From NCBI GenBank assembly GCA_964016885.1, contig OZ024743.1:10726001-10790000 (forward strand): 64,000 bases of DNA. Direction: 5' to 3'. The stretch comes from Eledone cirrhosa (taxonomy: Eukaryota). The notes beneath the pieces were generated by a model. The model had not been told where the DNA came from and did not search any database. It saw nothing but the letters and a program-made list of their open reading frames with translations. Shown in pieces: positions 26,835-39,157 of this stretch. The position numbers and the translations under genes were made by a program. Position 1 is the stretch's first letter, and the number at the start of each line of letters is the position of its first letter.

Positions 26835-27640
26835 TCATAATCTATAAAGCTCAGTGTGTGGTCATGCTCCTTTGTTATAGAAATCTACGATATAGAATTT
26901 CTTCAATTGAAATTTACAATTCAGTATTTGAAATAGTTTCGATTGCGTCTTTACGCAGATAATTTTTTCAATTTCACCCACAATTACGCAAAAAATAGAT
27001 AAAACTCAATATTTTACGATTTTTCTCTCTCATTTAAACTGCTGAACTCTTTCTACTACCATTCAAAATCTATACAACTTCATACTTTCTGCTACTTTCT
27101 CTTTCCAAGCTTGATGGTGATACTCTCCGTTCACACCACTCCCTACTGTCTTAAATTTAGAAAACACATATCCTCTATGAGGTCACTAAACCTGCTAGAA
27201 ACAGCAGCTAACTCTCCCCCATATCACACCACTCCCTACTGTCTTAAATTTAGAAAACACATATCCTCTATGAGGTCACTAAACCTGCTAGAAACAACAG
27301 CTAACTCTCCCTCATATCACAACCCTCCCTACTGTCTTAAATTTAGAAAACACACAGACAACCATGCAGAACAACTCCATCGCAGCTCTGTTGTTCGGCT
27401 GGCATCGTCTACTCGCGTGTTGCGCAAGTACTGTGAAACAATAAATTTCAACACTTTTTTGCACAGAGATAATATCCATAGGCGAAACTACAATTGTCAC
27501 TGCTGGCGCAGCTCATGCTTCCAGGTCTGCAATTCATTCACCCAGTGCCTGGCAGACAAAAAAGTGCTGCCATATAATGGGTGGTGCAACCTAACTTTGG
27601 TAACTTAATGACCCCGAGCAACGCCGGGCTTTAATGCTAG
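26835..27640 (+). mobile_element. Non-autonomous Helitron, 806 bp (Helitron B)
   Basis: Starts A|TCATAATCTATAAAG and ends with hairpin CCCGAGCAACGCCGGG-CTTTAATG-CTAG|T. The empty A|T site appears in the paralogous host repeat at 40132/40133. Confidence 0.92.
27132..27352 (+). repeat. ~93-bp tandem repeat (~2.4 copies) inside Helitron B
   Basis: CCCTACTGTCTTAAATTTAGAAAACAC occurs three times; the 31-aa periodicity of ORF 27111-27608 reflects it. Confidence 0.92.
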
Positions 27641-29363
27641 TGTAAGATAAAGCCTTTACCACAACAATACAATAGTAAATATAGAGTAATGTAAATGCTG
27701 CAGGGTTAAAATACTGGATCCCATATCCTGGAGGTTAGGGTAGTGCGACTAGAAGGTTACTAATAAAGATGAAAAGTATGGAAGAAAGTGCTATATCATG
27801 CTGGTATCTAGTGCATTTCATACATTATTCATAATAATTATAATAAAACAAGGATCCTTACATGCAATACTACATGTGACTGTGTGGGAGGGGTATGTAA
27901 ATATCGTCATCATTTTCACATCAACCTTTCCATGCTGGTATGCATTTGATGACACCTTTTGAGGCAATGTTTTACAGCCAAATGCCTTTCCTGATACCAA
28001 TCTTTTACTTCTTAAAACATGCAGGGATACGGTGTACATCATGCTTTCTCATTTTCTCTCAGTTCTACCTTCCCTTAGATTATTCTAGAAAAAAAAAATC
28101 CTTCATGCTTCCTTTCACCAACTCCCCCAACCTCCACTCTCACTTCATATATGATTATAGGCTCAAGGAAGATGAAATAGGACCCTATTCCTCATTCATT
28201 CATCAAAGTAATGTAAACTCTTGTTTTTCTTTCCAACTATGTCCATCATCCTACATTACTCTCTTTCATCATCTTTTTCCCTTCCTCCAACCCCCTCAGG
28301 CTACCATAGCTGTGAGGCCAAATCAAAACACTGCAGCACAAATATGTTGTAACTGCTAACTCAATATCTATCGCAATAGCTACTACTACTTCTCCTAATA
28401 CAGCTGTGATGGGCCTAATGTTTTTCTGTATGGCATGAAACCAAACTGCATCTTATCTAATTTGAATCTTTCTCTAATTATTTGTGTTAGAACTTTTTCT
28501 GTCACTTTCATAACATGGTTCATTAGTTTTATTCTTCTGTAGTCGCTTCTTTCTAAAGCATTAACTTTGTCCTTGTAGCAATTTATGAGTATACTGCTGC
28601 ACCAGTTGTTGGATATGACTCCATCTTATGTTACTTGATTGACTATACTTCTGCTTAGTTCAGTATCTACTTTTCACAATGCTTTTAGTATCTCAGCAAC
28701 AATCACTTGATTGCTCCTTTGACCCTATATCTTTCAATTTTGATAGCTGATCTCTCTGCTAGGTCAGCTGGGGAGAGTCTCTCTTCCTCCCATTCATTTT
28801 CTACATTCATCAGCCTCTCAGATAGCATTCACGGGCCTCTTTCTTTTGAACATTAAGTGATGTTAAGTGCACCAGTGTTATTTCAAACACACTTTCCTCT
28901 GACAACATTCTGATTCACACTGACACACTGCTTTGTTCTTTACGAAGTCCTGCTTGGGGTGCACAGGTAGAGATAATTGTCATCATTTTATTGCCTATGA
29001 CTACTATCAGCTTTATAATTCTGTCACATCCTCTACCATAATAATCTTATCTATCCCCTTCTCAGCTTGTAGATTGCTTGCCCCACTTACCTAATCATCA
29101 TTTATTACCCAGAAAAGTTTATAGCTATGTTGTTTGCCTATGAATAGTCTTGCTGAGGCACATCTTCATCTTACCTTCTCTCCTCTCAAGCAACTCTACA
29201 ATTTTCCTGATCTTCCTTTCAGAGTATCCGCATTGAAAGTGGCAGCCCTGAGATGTGTTACCTCACAATGATGATTAGATCGTTTAGTAATATTTCTTTG
29301 TACCTGAAAGGTAATAAGGATGTGATTGCAACTTTAAGGATTTTAGTTGAGTATTGTCCATTG

Positions 29364-29486
29364 TGTGAAGGCATGTGGCTGAGTGGTTAGAGAATTGGAT
29401 TTGCAATTGTGAGGTTGTGAGTTCGATTCCTGGACCGGGCTATGCGTTATGTCCTTGAGCAAGACACTTTATTTCACATTGCTCCT
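29364..29486 (+). mobile_element. tRNA-derived SINE of a second family (CORE-like central region)
   Basis: A box TGGCTGAGTGG, B box GAGTTCGATTCC, then GTCCTTGAGCAAGACACTTTATTTCAC. A degenerate relative lies at ~59350-59510. Confidence 0.75.
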
Positions 29487-29863
29487 TCTACCTGGAGTTG
29501 CAACTGATAGATAATATTAGCAATTGGAAATACCAATGGAAACATTGTTTCCTTGGTCCGATTTGACGAAAGTTGATCGTTCCTTTTTTTTTTTTATTGT
29601 CCAAGCATAAAAAGGGAGTAATGTTATTGTGTTATGTTTATTTATCACGTGCATGTAATACTGAAGAAAACGACTACATGGTCATGACTACATTGGGGGA
29701 TGATTCTGAGGTTTATGTTCTTAAAAGCAATGTATGTCTAGTGTGAGAAGTCTAAGGTTGTTAGTGGCAAATACATGTATGAAGAATATTAAAGAAGAAT
29801 GAATAGTAACATTATGCCAAAAGTAGAAACAATTATTTATAGTCTGCAGTTGACATTAGTTAC

Positions 29864-30174
29864 CTGTTTGTTTTTATATCATTTTGCAAGTTTTTTTTAT
29901 GATTAGGTATCGATCTTATATAGCTAAAATCATACCTTCCTTTTCTGCATTTAATCCAGAGCTTTTGAGCCATTTTTTTTATTTCATATTGATTCACTTC
30001 CTCTCTGTCCAACTGTGCAGAACACTGAACATTTGATTTCATTTTCTTTTGTTCATTTTTTTTCTTGTGTCTCTTGTCTAAACTTTTTTTATTTGTGTAA
30101 TTAGGTTCTTGTTTGTACTTTATTGTTTCCTTAAATAGAAATTCTTTTCTTTTTTGTCCTGTCCCTTCATTATA
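29864..30174 (-). CDS. Candidate internal coding exon, Lys-rich basic peptide of unknown identity
   Basis: Stop-free frame of ~103 codons (YNEGTGQKRKEFLFKETIK...LQNDIKTN) between a GCTAAC...TATTGATTAG acceptor-like site and an AG|GTAACT donor-like site. No recognisable domain. Confidence 0.25.
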
Positions 30175-30663
30175 CTAATCAATATACATTTGTTAGCTTC
30201 TAAGTATTTTTCTTAACCCTCCTCAGTTACTTTTTCACCATTCACTATTCTATAAAGCCCATTCTAATCTATGCCTCTGATTGATATTCAACATGTGATT
30301 TGAAGTCATTTTTCCTGTAAATAGACATTAGTCCTGTGACCCCTATCTTGAGATTCATCAACCAATCAAGGGCTCCTTTTGAGGCAATGCTTTACAGCTG
30401 ATAGCCCTTACTGGCACCAACCCTTTTATTCACCTCTTACAAAATGTACGGATACAGTGTATTAATACTTACCTGGATACACAATGCATTGGCCCATGAA
30501 TAGATATAGATTGGATACACCTATGTCCATGATATATATATTCAATGTATACTCATTTTAAAAAAAATTATTAAGAATATACTGTATAGCTTTCTAGTTT
30601 TCCTCTCTACTCTCTTCAGTCGATTTAATGCTCAATTTATTAAACCGAAGTTGTCGCCTTAGT

Positions 30664-30818
30664 CCTTAAATCTGAATCTGTTCCATATTGCACCATACGT
30701 CTATCTATTCATAGCTACCATGTATGCCTCTGGGCTTCACCCATCCTTAGTTCTGAATTTATTCCATGCTACACCATACATTTGTTCACCCATACCCATC
30801 ATGTATACCTCTGGGCTG
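30664..30818. repeat. Diverged ~81-bp tandem duplication
   Basis: CCTTA..TCTGAAT..TTCCAT..CACCATAC..CATGTAT.CCTCTGGGCT occurs at 30664 and again at 30745. Confidence 0.75.
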
Positions 30819-33117
30819 CAAAGGTTTGCTAGCCCTGAGCTCATCTGTTTTTGTTTTTTTTACTAGGGTTTGGGATCAGCTGGTATCTTCACTTGAATGA
30901 CAATGACCAGGCAGAGATCAATCATTTGAGGAAAATGAAGAGAGAAGAAAGAAAGGAGAGAGAAAGAGAGTGAAGAGGAGAACAACACCAGTACTTGACT
31001 GGTAATTTATTTTATCAGTCTCAAAATATATAGTTATTATATCATACTTATAATCCTATGACTGGCATGAGTTCAATTTAATATTAATCTGACTCTTCAA
31101 TAGTACTATTTTCTTAACGTTCTCTTTCATTATGGTATGCTGTATATAATAAGTTTCATCTATTTCTTTCTCGAATTCCAATATTCAAATTTAGTTAAAT
31201 AATTTTAGTTTTCTCAGGATTTTTTACCTCCTGGAGTGGCCATGACACAATTGTATAATCTCATAAACATTTTGATATTATTGAACTCATGAGCAGTTTT
31301 TAGTAGATTCTCCAGTACAATGTTGTCTTTTGTTTGTGTTATTAAATCAATGCAACAGAGAAAGTGGTTTATAGTTTGTCAATAGAATTTGTTATAATTG
31401 ATAGTTTTATCCATTAGATTTGTTAGTTTATGTCAGATAGAGATACAAGAGTAGTGGAGTAGTGTAGATAAAGAATTTTCTTCTCACTAAAAACTATTTT
31501 CTTGCAAGATAAAGGTGGCTTGTATTATCTTCTTTTTATCATAGTTTTATTGATGTTTTTCCCCTTTGACATTGTGTGGTTAATATTCTACATTGGTATT
31601 GGGGCTGACTTATTTATGTATCTTGTCTCCAATATATATAGCAGTGTGAAAAGCATTTGAAGGCACTTCAGTAATAAATCCATGCCTTGCTTAGATTTTT
31701 GTTACATTTCTGCTGGCTGCTCAGTTTACCAATAGTTATTCATTACATTCATATATATCCCCATCTGACGTGATTTCAGCTCAACTGGTTATATATTATT
31801 ATGTTCCAAATGAACAGTCTGTTGGAGAATACAGATACCCAGGATTTGAATAATGTTGATAAAGATATTGCTGGTCTATAATCTTAAAGGCTCGTGGCAG
31901 TTTTGTTTTGGAGATGGATTAATATTATATTATCTTCTAATTTGATGTTCATTCAAGTTCCTTTAATAATACATTGAACACTGTTCCCATAGCTTCATTT
32001 ATACCTTCCCAAAGAAATTGTGGATTTATGAATTCTAAACACTAGCAGCCTTGTTTATGTTGCTATGGATTCAATCAATCATCATTTTAGGTATAAAACC
32101 TAATTAAAAAGTAATTCCTAAACTGTAATACTAGTAATGGTCAGATGGGGAAATTTGCTACAGATTAAAAAATTAATGATGTTTCAAATCACATTCGTGT
32201 GACAACGGACAACTAAGGTTACATATCAAAATTATTTCTATGGTAACATGTCATGTTTCTCATAACATTGTAACTAGATATTAAGTTATGACAGCAACTG
32301 CAACTGTTTTGAAATTTTAGAATGTTACGAATATACCATTCCACTGAATATCACAATTATTTCAATCATATTCTTCACATGATATTCCCTTGTATTAACA
32401 ACATTTTCCTTATAGCTATACTAATAAAATTGTAAGCTATCTCATTTTCCTTTATGTTCAAACTGCTTTAACTGAGTTTTCTTTTCCAAGAAAATATAAA
32501 ATGAGGAAGCGAAGAACAAATGCAATAATTTTTATTTCTTATATTTTGTTATTTTTCCATTTATGTTGACTAGTTGATAAAACAAAAGAGAACCTAGCTC
32601 TGAAGACTTCTATTCCTTAGATATTAACTACGTTCCCATGACCTTTGTACTAAAGGGATATCTGCAAGTTATTATGAGATTAACTTCCATAAAGTTGTAC
32701 AATTTGCTGTTATCAATAATGCTTTTTAATAGAACACAATAGGCACTAAGATTAGTTTTATGGTGTTGACGAAAGTGGGAACTTAAAGCAAAACATTCTG
32801 TTAAAGATTTAAAATAGCTTCCCTGATTGTACTGGCATTAATATTACAATCAGGTAAACCATTTTAAACCTTTTATTATAAAAGGGTTTTGAACAGTCAT
32901 TTTTACTCCGTAGCTTTTCCATTTGGTGGGTTCCTACATTTAACCTTAATTCTTTTTCCATATTAATAATGCTATGTAAAATCTTTGAATGGAAACTGGA
33001 GAAATTCCAATTTAGAAATTAAAGCCAATATAGTTTGGTCAAAATGGAATTAGCCATAGCACAAATTACAATGCATAATTCCAGAAGAATTTTGGAATTC
33101 TTGTCCTGACATCATTG

Positions 33118-33179
33118 TTGAGTAGTAGTAGTAGTCGTAGTAGTAGTAGTAGCAGTAGCAGCAGCAGCAGCAGCAGTAT

Positions 33180-33227
<48 letters not shown>

Positions 33228-33245
33228 CAACACAAACAGCAGCAA
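33118..33245. repeat. (AGT)n/(AGC)n trinucleotide microsatellite
   Basis: Runs seen directly; source of the poly-Leu ORF at 33066-33308. Confidence 0.95.
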
Positions 33246-33485
33246 ATAAGCTGCAACAGATAAAATAATTATAATTTTTCTTATTGCAATATTTGAGTTC
33301 TTATCCACTGCACCATTATTATGATACTATCACTTCAACAACACCAACACCAAACCTCACTACTACTAGGCACAAACATGGTTATGTAAATTAAGAAATC
33401 TGCTTTACAACTATACTGTTTTGTATTAAATCCCAGTGCACAACACTTTGGGAAAGTGTCTTCTATTGTCATCTCTGACTGACTT

Positions 33486-33663
33486 ATGCTTTGCAGCATA
33501 GAGTTATGGCCCTTTGTCTTCTGAGTTCAAATCCTGTCAAGGTTAGCTTTGCCTTTCATCCTTACGAGGTCGATAAAATAAAGTACCAGTAATGCACTGG
33601 GATCAATTTAATTGACTTTCCTCGCCCCCAAAATTGCTGGACTGTGCCTAAATCAGAAACCAT
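33486..33663 (+). mobile_element. tRNA-derived SINE, 5'-truncated, long-3' variant
   Basis: B box GAGTTCAAATCC and the family core, with an extra GATCAATTTAATTGACTTTCCTCGCCCCCAA segment before the tail. Confidence 0.82.
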
Positions 33664-33677
33664 TATTATTATTATTA

Positions 33678-33878
33678 GGGCGGTGGATTGGCACTATCTG
33701 TAGAGGGTCAGACGCCATACTTTGAAGCATAGAGTTACCTCCCTTTATGATCTGAGTTCAAATACCGCTGAGATTAACTTTGCCTTTCATCCTTATGGGG
33801 TCGATAAAATAAAGTACCAGTAATGTGCTGGGTAATTGCTGCCCTTGTGCCTAAAGTAGAAACCATTATTATTATTAT
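33678..33878 (+). mobile_element. tRNA-derived SINE with (ATT)n tail
   Basis: GGGCGGTGGATTGGCA...GAGTTCAAAT...GCCTTTCATCCTTATGGGGTCGATAAAATAAAGTACCAG...GTAGAAACC followed by (ATT)n. Confidence 0.88.
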
Positions 33879-34532
33879 TTTGCCATTCCATGCTGTCCCA
33901 TCAGTATTATAGAGTGTCAATCTTTGTTCTGGCTCTCAGTACTCTGAGTTCAAATCCTGCACCGAGGTTAACTATGCCCTTATTGAGGGTAGATAAAATA
34001 CCATTTCAGGTTTTGTGGATTGGTTGAATTGTTAAAGAATGCTTTGCCATATCTAATGTGGCTGTGTACCTTCTAAGTTCAAATCTGACTTTCTTCTGTT
34101 AGGAAATGCAATCAACTGACAGTATAAGGAATAAGAAGACCAACACACCTGGTCATCCCTAGAAACTGGTTGTTCTATACCAGTTTTTCTATGAAAGAGA
34201 TTGCAATTCCCTCACTGAAACTTTCTCTACTTCTGGAGAATGGAACATTGTAAGTGTTCTCCCACAACTCTTCTCATGATTCAGAGCTAAAGAGAATGGT
34301 AGCAGCATGGTGGCAATATCCAAAGTAATGGAGAGTATTGTGTGGTTTTATGTCCTGTCATATGATTTGACATGGGTGGGTGTGGACTGTGTAGTGGAAA
34401 ATACAAGCTTAGTAATTTTCTTGATGTTGTCAGAATAAGACGTGTCAAAAATTATGTTCATCATCTAACCAAACTATGAGTTGAAATTATTTGTCGAGGT
34501 AGGGGAGCATTATTTGTAATGTAGAAAGTCCG

Positions 34533-34715
34533 TGGTTTGGCAGTATTGGTAGAGCATCAGACACCATGCTTTGCAACACAGAGTTACGGCCCTTTACTTT
34601 CTGAGTTCAAATCTCGCCGAGGTTAACTTTGCCTTTCATCCTTAAGGAGTCGATAAAATAAAGCACCGGTAATGCACTGGGGTAATTGCTGGCCTTGTGC
34701 CAGTAGAAACAATTA
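34533..34715 (+). mobile_element. tRNA-derived SINE
   Basis: Collinear and highly similar to the copy at 26467. Confidence 0.88.
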
Positions 34716-35624
34716 CTTATAATGGAGAAAGGGGTGCACATCTCAGAGCTAACATAGGGTGCAAAATACCCAGGCACTGGCTTTGTTTATATTTACACTT
34801 AAAACTATTTCATCAGCTCTACACAAACTATTTTACTACCAACTCCATACACATCAACACTGCCATACATGAATTTCCCAATTGTTACTACCATTATATC
34901 AATTCTGTACCCATTATTATATATTTAGCTGCAAAGCTATTACCCCTACCAGTTGTTTGTGAGCCTCTATGTGATCACTTGACCTTCTAAAAATAACAGC
35001 CAAATCTGCTTTAAATAACACCCTATAGTCATAAAAATAATATCTCAAATTAAAATTCTTAATGCAGTACTAAACATATTACCCTGGAAAAAAGACAGGA
35101 TAGTCGTTGCCAGAATGTTTTTGATCATAGGTTTGCTAATTCATGACTTACGTGGGGTTAAACATTAACAACAGCTAATTGTAAGCCTACTGTTACTACA
35201 CTGTGAGTTCCATGTGTACTAGCAATGCAATAGTCACTACCTTATACTATCTCACAATAATCAATATATCATACTACCATTACAATACCATAAGTTCCAT
35301 ATTTACTACCACACCCTCATCTTAAGTAGTAAGGTAGTTCAGCTTTTAATTGAATTTTACTTTGTATATTCTGCATCTAAATTCTCACAAACTATCCTTG
35401 ACAGTAAGCAATGAAATTGTCAAGGATTATGCAAACAATCCCCACTGCAGCTGTGATAGTAAACAATGTTTCTAGTGTACAGCTACTTTTCTGAAACAGG
35501 CAAATTGGTCACTTGAGATTAAGTATTATAAAGAACTGAACAAATACAAACAGCTGACAAAATGAGTAGTACTGCTGTCTAACTACTCAGCTCATCACAT
35601 TATCTTCCTGATCCTCTTGATGAG

Positions 35625-35726
35625 CATGATGATGATACTGATGTCAATGATGATGTTGATGATTATCATCATCATCATCATCATCATCATTGATGTCACC
35701 ATCATTGTCATAATCATCATCATCAA
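35625..35726. repeat. (GAT)n/(CAT)n microsatellite
   Basis: Runs seen directly. Confidence 0.9.
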
Positions 35727-36124
35727 TATTTTAACATAAGTTTTTCTCTGTTAATATTGGCTTGATAGGTCTGCAGTATTGCATATTAATCTTGATCTTG
35801 TGTTGCTTCCTTTGTGAGGCCTTCATCCTGAGATCTGAATCTGTCACTTTTTTTTTTATTATTATACTGTCACTAGTTCCTTATGCTGTCTGTACATGAC
35901 ACTTGTTTGGACAAAAACTGTTGTTTGCGTGCAACACATATTCATGTCAATGCAGTCTCCTTCTTACCATATATACTCGAATATAAGCTGACCGCACTAA
36001 TCTACACATTGTTTAGAGAGCATAGTTTTGAAATTCTCATGAGTATAAAATATATTTATGAAGTTTTGATATTTTGATGTTTGAAATGTTTTGCATGTCA
36101 TTTTTGTTTCACAACTCCATTACA

Positions 36125-36314
36125 TAATTGTTTCTACTTTAGGCACAAGGCCAGCAATTATCCCAGTGCATTACTGGTACTTTATTTTATCGACCCCATA
36201 AGGATGAAAGGCAAATTCAACCTCAGCGGGATTTGAACTCAGATCATAAAGGGACGTAACTATGCTGGAAAGCATGGCATCTGACCCTCTACCGATACTG
36301 CCAATCCACCGCCA
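36125..36314 (-). mobile_element. tRNA-derived SINE
   Basis: Reverse complement of the 33678 and 34533 copies (TTTTATCGACCCCATAAGGATGAAAGGC...TTGAACTCAGA...TGCCAATCCACCGCC). Confidence 0.88.
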
Positions 36315-38170
36315 TTACATAATGAGTTTCTATTATGTTAAGTTTCAACAAGTTTCTCGAATTTTTATTTACTTCTGGCCACTCAGATGCTAGGAGTACT
36401 TTGACAACAAAAGATTGAATAAGACAACTTTGGAAATGAATTCCTATAGTAGAAGGGGAAGGGAAAGACAGTAACTGAGAGTGATAGGAGGAAGAGCAAC
36501 AAAAAGAGAGGGAACGAGCAAGAAGGGAGGGAGAGCGAGCGAAATAAATTAAATCAGAAATAAGATTGAAAAAAAAAGTTGTGTCAGAAAAAAACATGTA
36601 TGAGTGTGTGCAGGAGTGCATCAATGCATGTGTGTGCACATGTGCATCTGTGTGTGTGTGTGTGCACATGTGCATCTGTGTGTGTGTGTGTGTGCCTGTG
36701 CATGTTTATGGTATATTTATGTATTAAAAAGTTCAAATTATAAACCTTTGTTGGAAATATTTTCAAGAAATGCATAAATAACATCAACAATGATGTAGTA
36801 AATGTAGAAAAACAGTGTTTCCTTGTATCACTATACTCTGGGGAAACACCTTCTGCTATTCTGTCCGCCAAGGCCGCTGGGTGGCCAGCATGTGAGCCGC
36901 CATTTTCTGATAATAGTGAGAGATGGGGAGAGCAGGAAAGACAGACATATTGACAGTGGGAGTTTGGTTCCTTTGTGTTTGGACCTGGTGTATATGTGTA
37001 TATTTATTTACTGCACTTACACATACATTATTTAAATGAAGACTTAAAGCCTCATGTCAAAATTACTCCAGATATTTTAGCATCTTATTTACATAGAATG
37101 TGAAGTTGGTGGAAATCATCAAAATATTGACCCCCCCCCCCATTGTACCCTATATTTTTTGTCACATACTCCACAGCTTATATTTAAGTATATACAGTAC
37201 ATAGTCTATTGTATTTAATGCCTAGACACACTTTCTGCTCACTTGTATTCTGTCTTTTATGCAGGGAAAAACGGACGTAAAATGATGATGATGATGATGA
37301 TGATGAACTCATTTCTCTTCACACATTCTTCTCCCCTCTCTGCAGACCCTCCCAATTGAATGACCATATTTCATTACCATATAGCATCCCTTATATTGTA
37401 TTAACCCATTTGATACCAACCACTAAATCTCATCTTTGGTTCTATGAAACTAAACCAATAATTTAAAAAAAGTTTCTATTTGAATTAAAATTTTCCAGCA
37501 TGATTTTATATAAGAAACTTTTGTTGAGTTATCTTACAAACACCATTTATTAATAACTCTAGAAATCCTTGGCTTATATTTGAGCATATATAGTACATGG
37601 TCTATCATCTTTAAAGCACAGCCACTCTTTCAGCCCACTTGTACTCTGTCTTTTATGCAAGGTTTCATTATACATTTCACAACTCATTCTCTTCATGCAT
37701 TTATATTTCATGACCAGTGGCAGATTGGCCAGGTCAGGTTGCCCAATGGTAAGTGGGCCCCAGGAGGCCCATAGTAGCATCGCAAGGGCCCACAGTAGCA
37801 TTGCAGGGCCCACTGTAGTATTTTAGGGGCCAATGCTTTGCTTTCAAAAAATACCTGAAGTCCAAGAGAAAGAATAAACATTTAAAAAAAATAAATAAAA
37901 CAATTAAGCAAAGCATTTGGTCAACAAATTCCCCAGGGAATTACTAGAAACCAAAATATATGATAGTGCAAATAGCTGCAATCAGTGGTTGTACATTCTA
38001 CTAAATCTAAAGCTTAGTGAATTCATGCATGCAAACACATCTATAGACACAGACACACAAGCATATATATATATACTTACACACGAACTACTGACAAAAT
38101 AATATTTGGTAACAATCAGTTAAAAACATCTGTCAAATCAATTAGTGGTGAAAGTGGTGTATATATAAAT

Positions 38171-38218
<48 letters not shown>

Positions 38219-38238
38219 AGTGAGTGTGAAAGACCAAA

Positions 38239-38463
38239 GGTCATTAACGAAAGTCTCTGGATTTCATAAAATACAATATTTTTTATTGGAGAAGGTAAGA
38301 TATTTTCCGCAAAAATTTGATTGCACTGTTTTGTTTCCACTTATGTATTTTTTTAAATGTTATTTATTCATTATAAAAATTAAATGATAGCATTCTATAT
38401 GTAGGTGGGGCCCTCTTCATCTGGCATCCAAGGCATCCAATCATTTTAGACCTAGTCCGCCAC

Positions 38464-38465
<2 letters not shown>
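38239..38465. repeat. Internal diverged duplicate of the hAT right end, including a second TIR
   Basis: 38239-38465 aligns with 39151-39371 (GGTCATTA..GAAAGTCTCTGGATTT...TTTTAGACC.AGTC.GCCACTG). Confidence 0.88.
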
Positions 38466-38497
<32 letters not shown>

Positions 38498-38704
38498 GCC
38501 AATCATTGTAAATTTGAATCTAACTGACATGCAAAAACATATATATAGGAATAAGGTAAGTTTAAATCATAGTGGATTCAAATATCCCAAAGACAGAGAG
38601 AGAGAGAGAAAGAGAGGAGGGGGAGAGATAAGGTGGATTACATGTTAAAATATAGTCTAGATAGATGTGAAACAAAACGAGGATGTAGTTTATGGAACAC
38701 CCAA

Positions 38705-39157
38705 ATGATTTAGAAGTCGACCTTAAGTAGCATCAATAACATTAAGAAAGGCATGAACGACACCACAACACTTTGTTTTGAAAATTTTGGAAGTAGGTTT
38801 ATAAGTATGAATTTTCATACAATTTTTGTAGTTGTCATTGTGAGATGTTGGAGATCCTGACCTTGGGTTCAATCCTGGTCAAGAGGTACATGTAACCCTT
38901 TTTCAGTTTTTATTTTACAACCAATAGAAAAAAACTGAAAAGGTTTATCGGGAGCCCTACTCCCAACCAGGATTGAACTTCAGACCAGGAACGCTACCGT
39001 CGATGATTCCTCCAACTGGGCCACCAAGACAGGTACAAAAGTATAATGAAAATTGATAAATATAAACCTACTTTCAAAATCAAAGTTAAAAAGATGTGGT
39101 GTCGTTCATGGCTTTCCTAGAGTTATTAGTAATATTTAGGGTCGACTTCTGGTCATT
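38705..39157. repeat. ~450-bp imperfect palindrome (foldback) with tRNA-like arms
   Basis: Nested inverted pairs: AGAAGTCGACC/GGTCGACTTCT, CATGAACGACACCACA/TGTGGTGTCGTTCATG, AAGTAGGTTTATA/TATAAACCTACTT, GTTCAATCCTGGT/ACCAGGATTGAAC and TTTTCAGTTTTT/AAAAACTGAAAA. Confidence 0.88.

Larger units (their letters stand above)
26707..27708 (+). mobile_element. MITE-like dispersed repeat (26707-26834 plus 27641-27708) split by Helitron B
   Basis: The two halves join to match the uninterrupted copy at 39982-40192. The right end AAATGCTGCAGGG is followed by TTAA, a piggyBac-like end. Confidence 0.75.

Noticed and set aside
31228-31500. Minus-strand exon with TGA read-through (MDKTINYNKFY*QTINHFLCC...)
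   Set aside because: Further TGA and TAG stops occur in the same frame, with no acceptor support and no recognisable protein.
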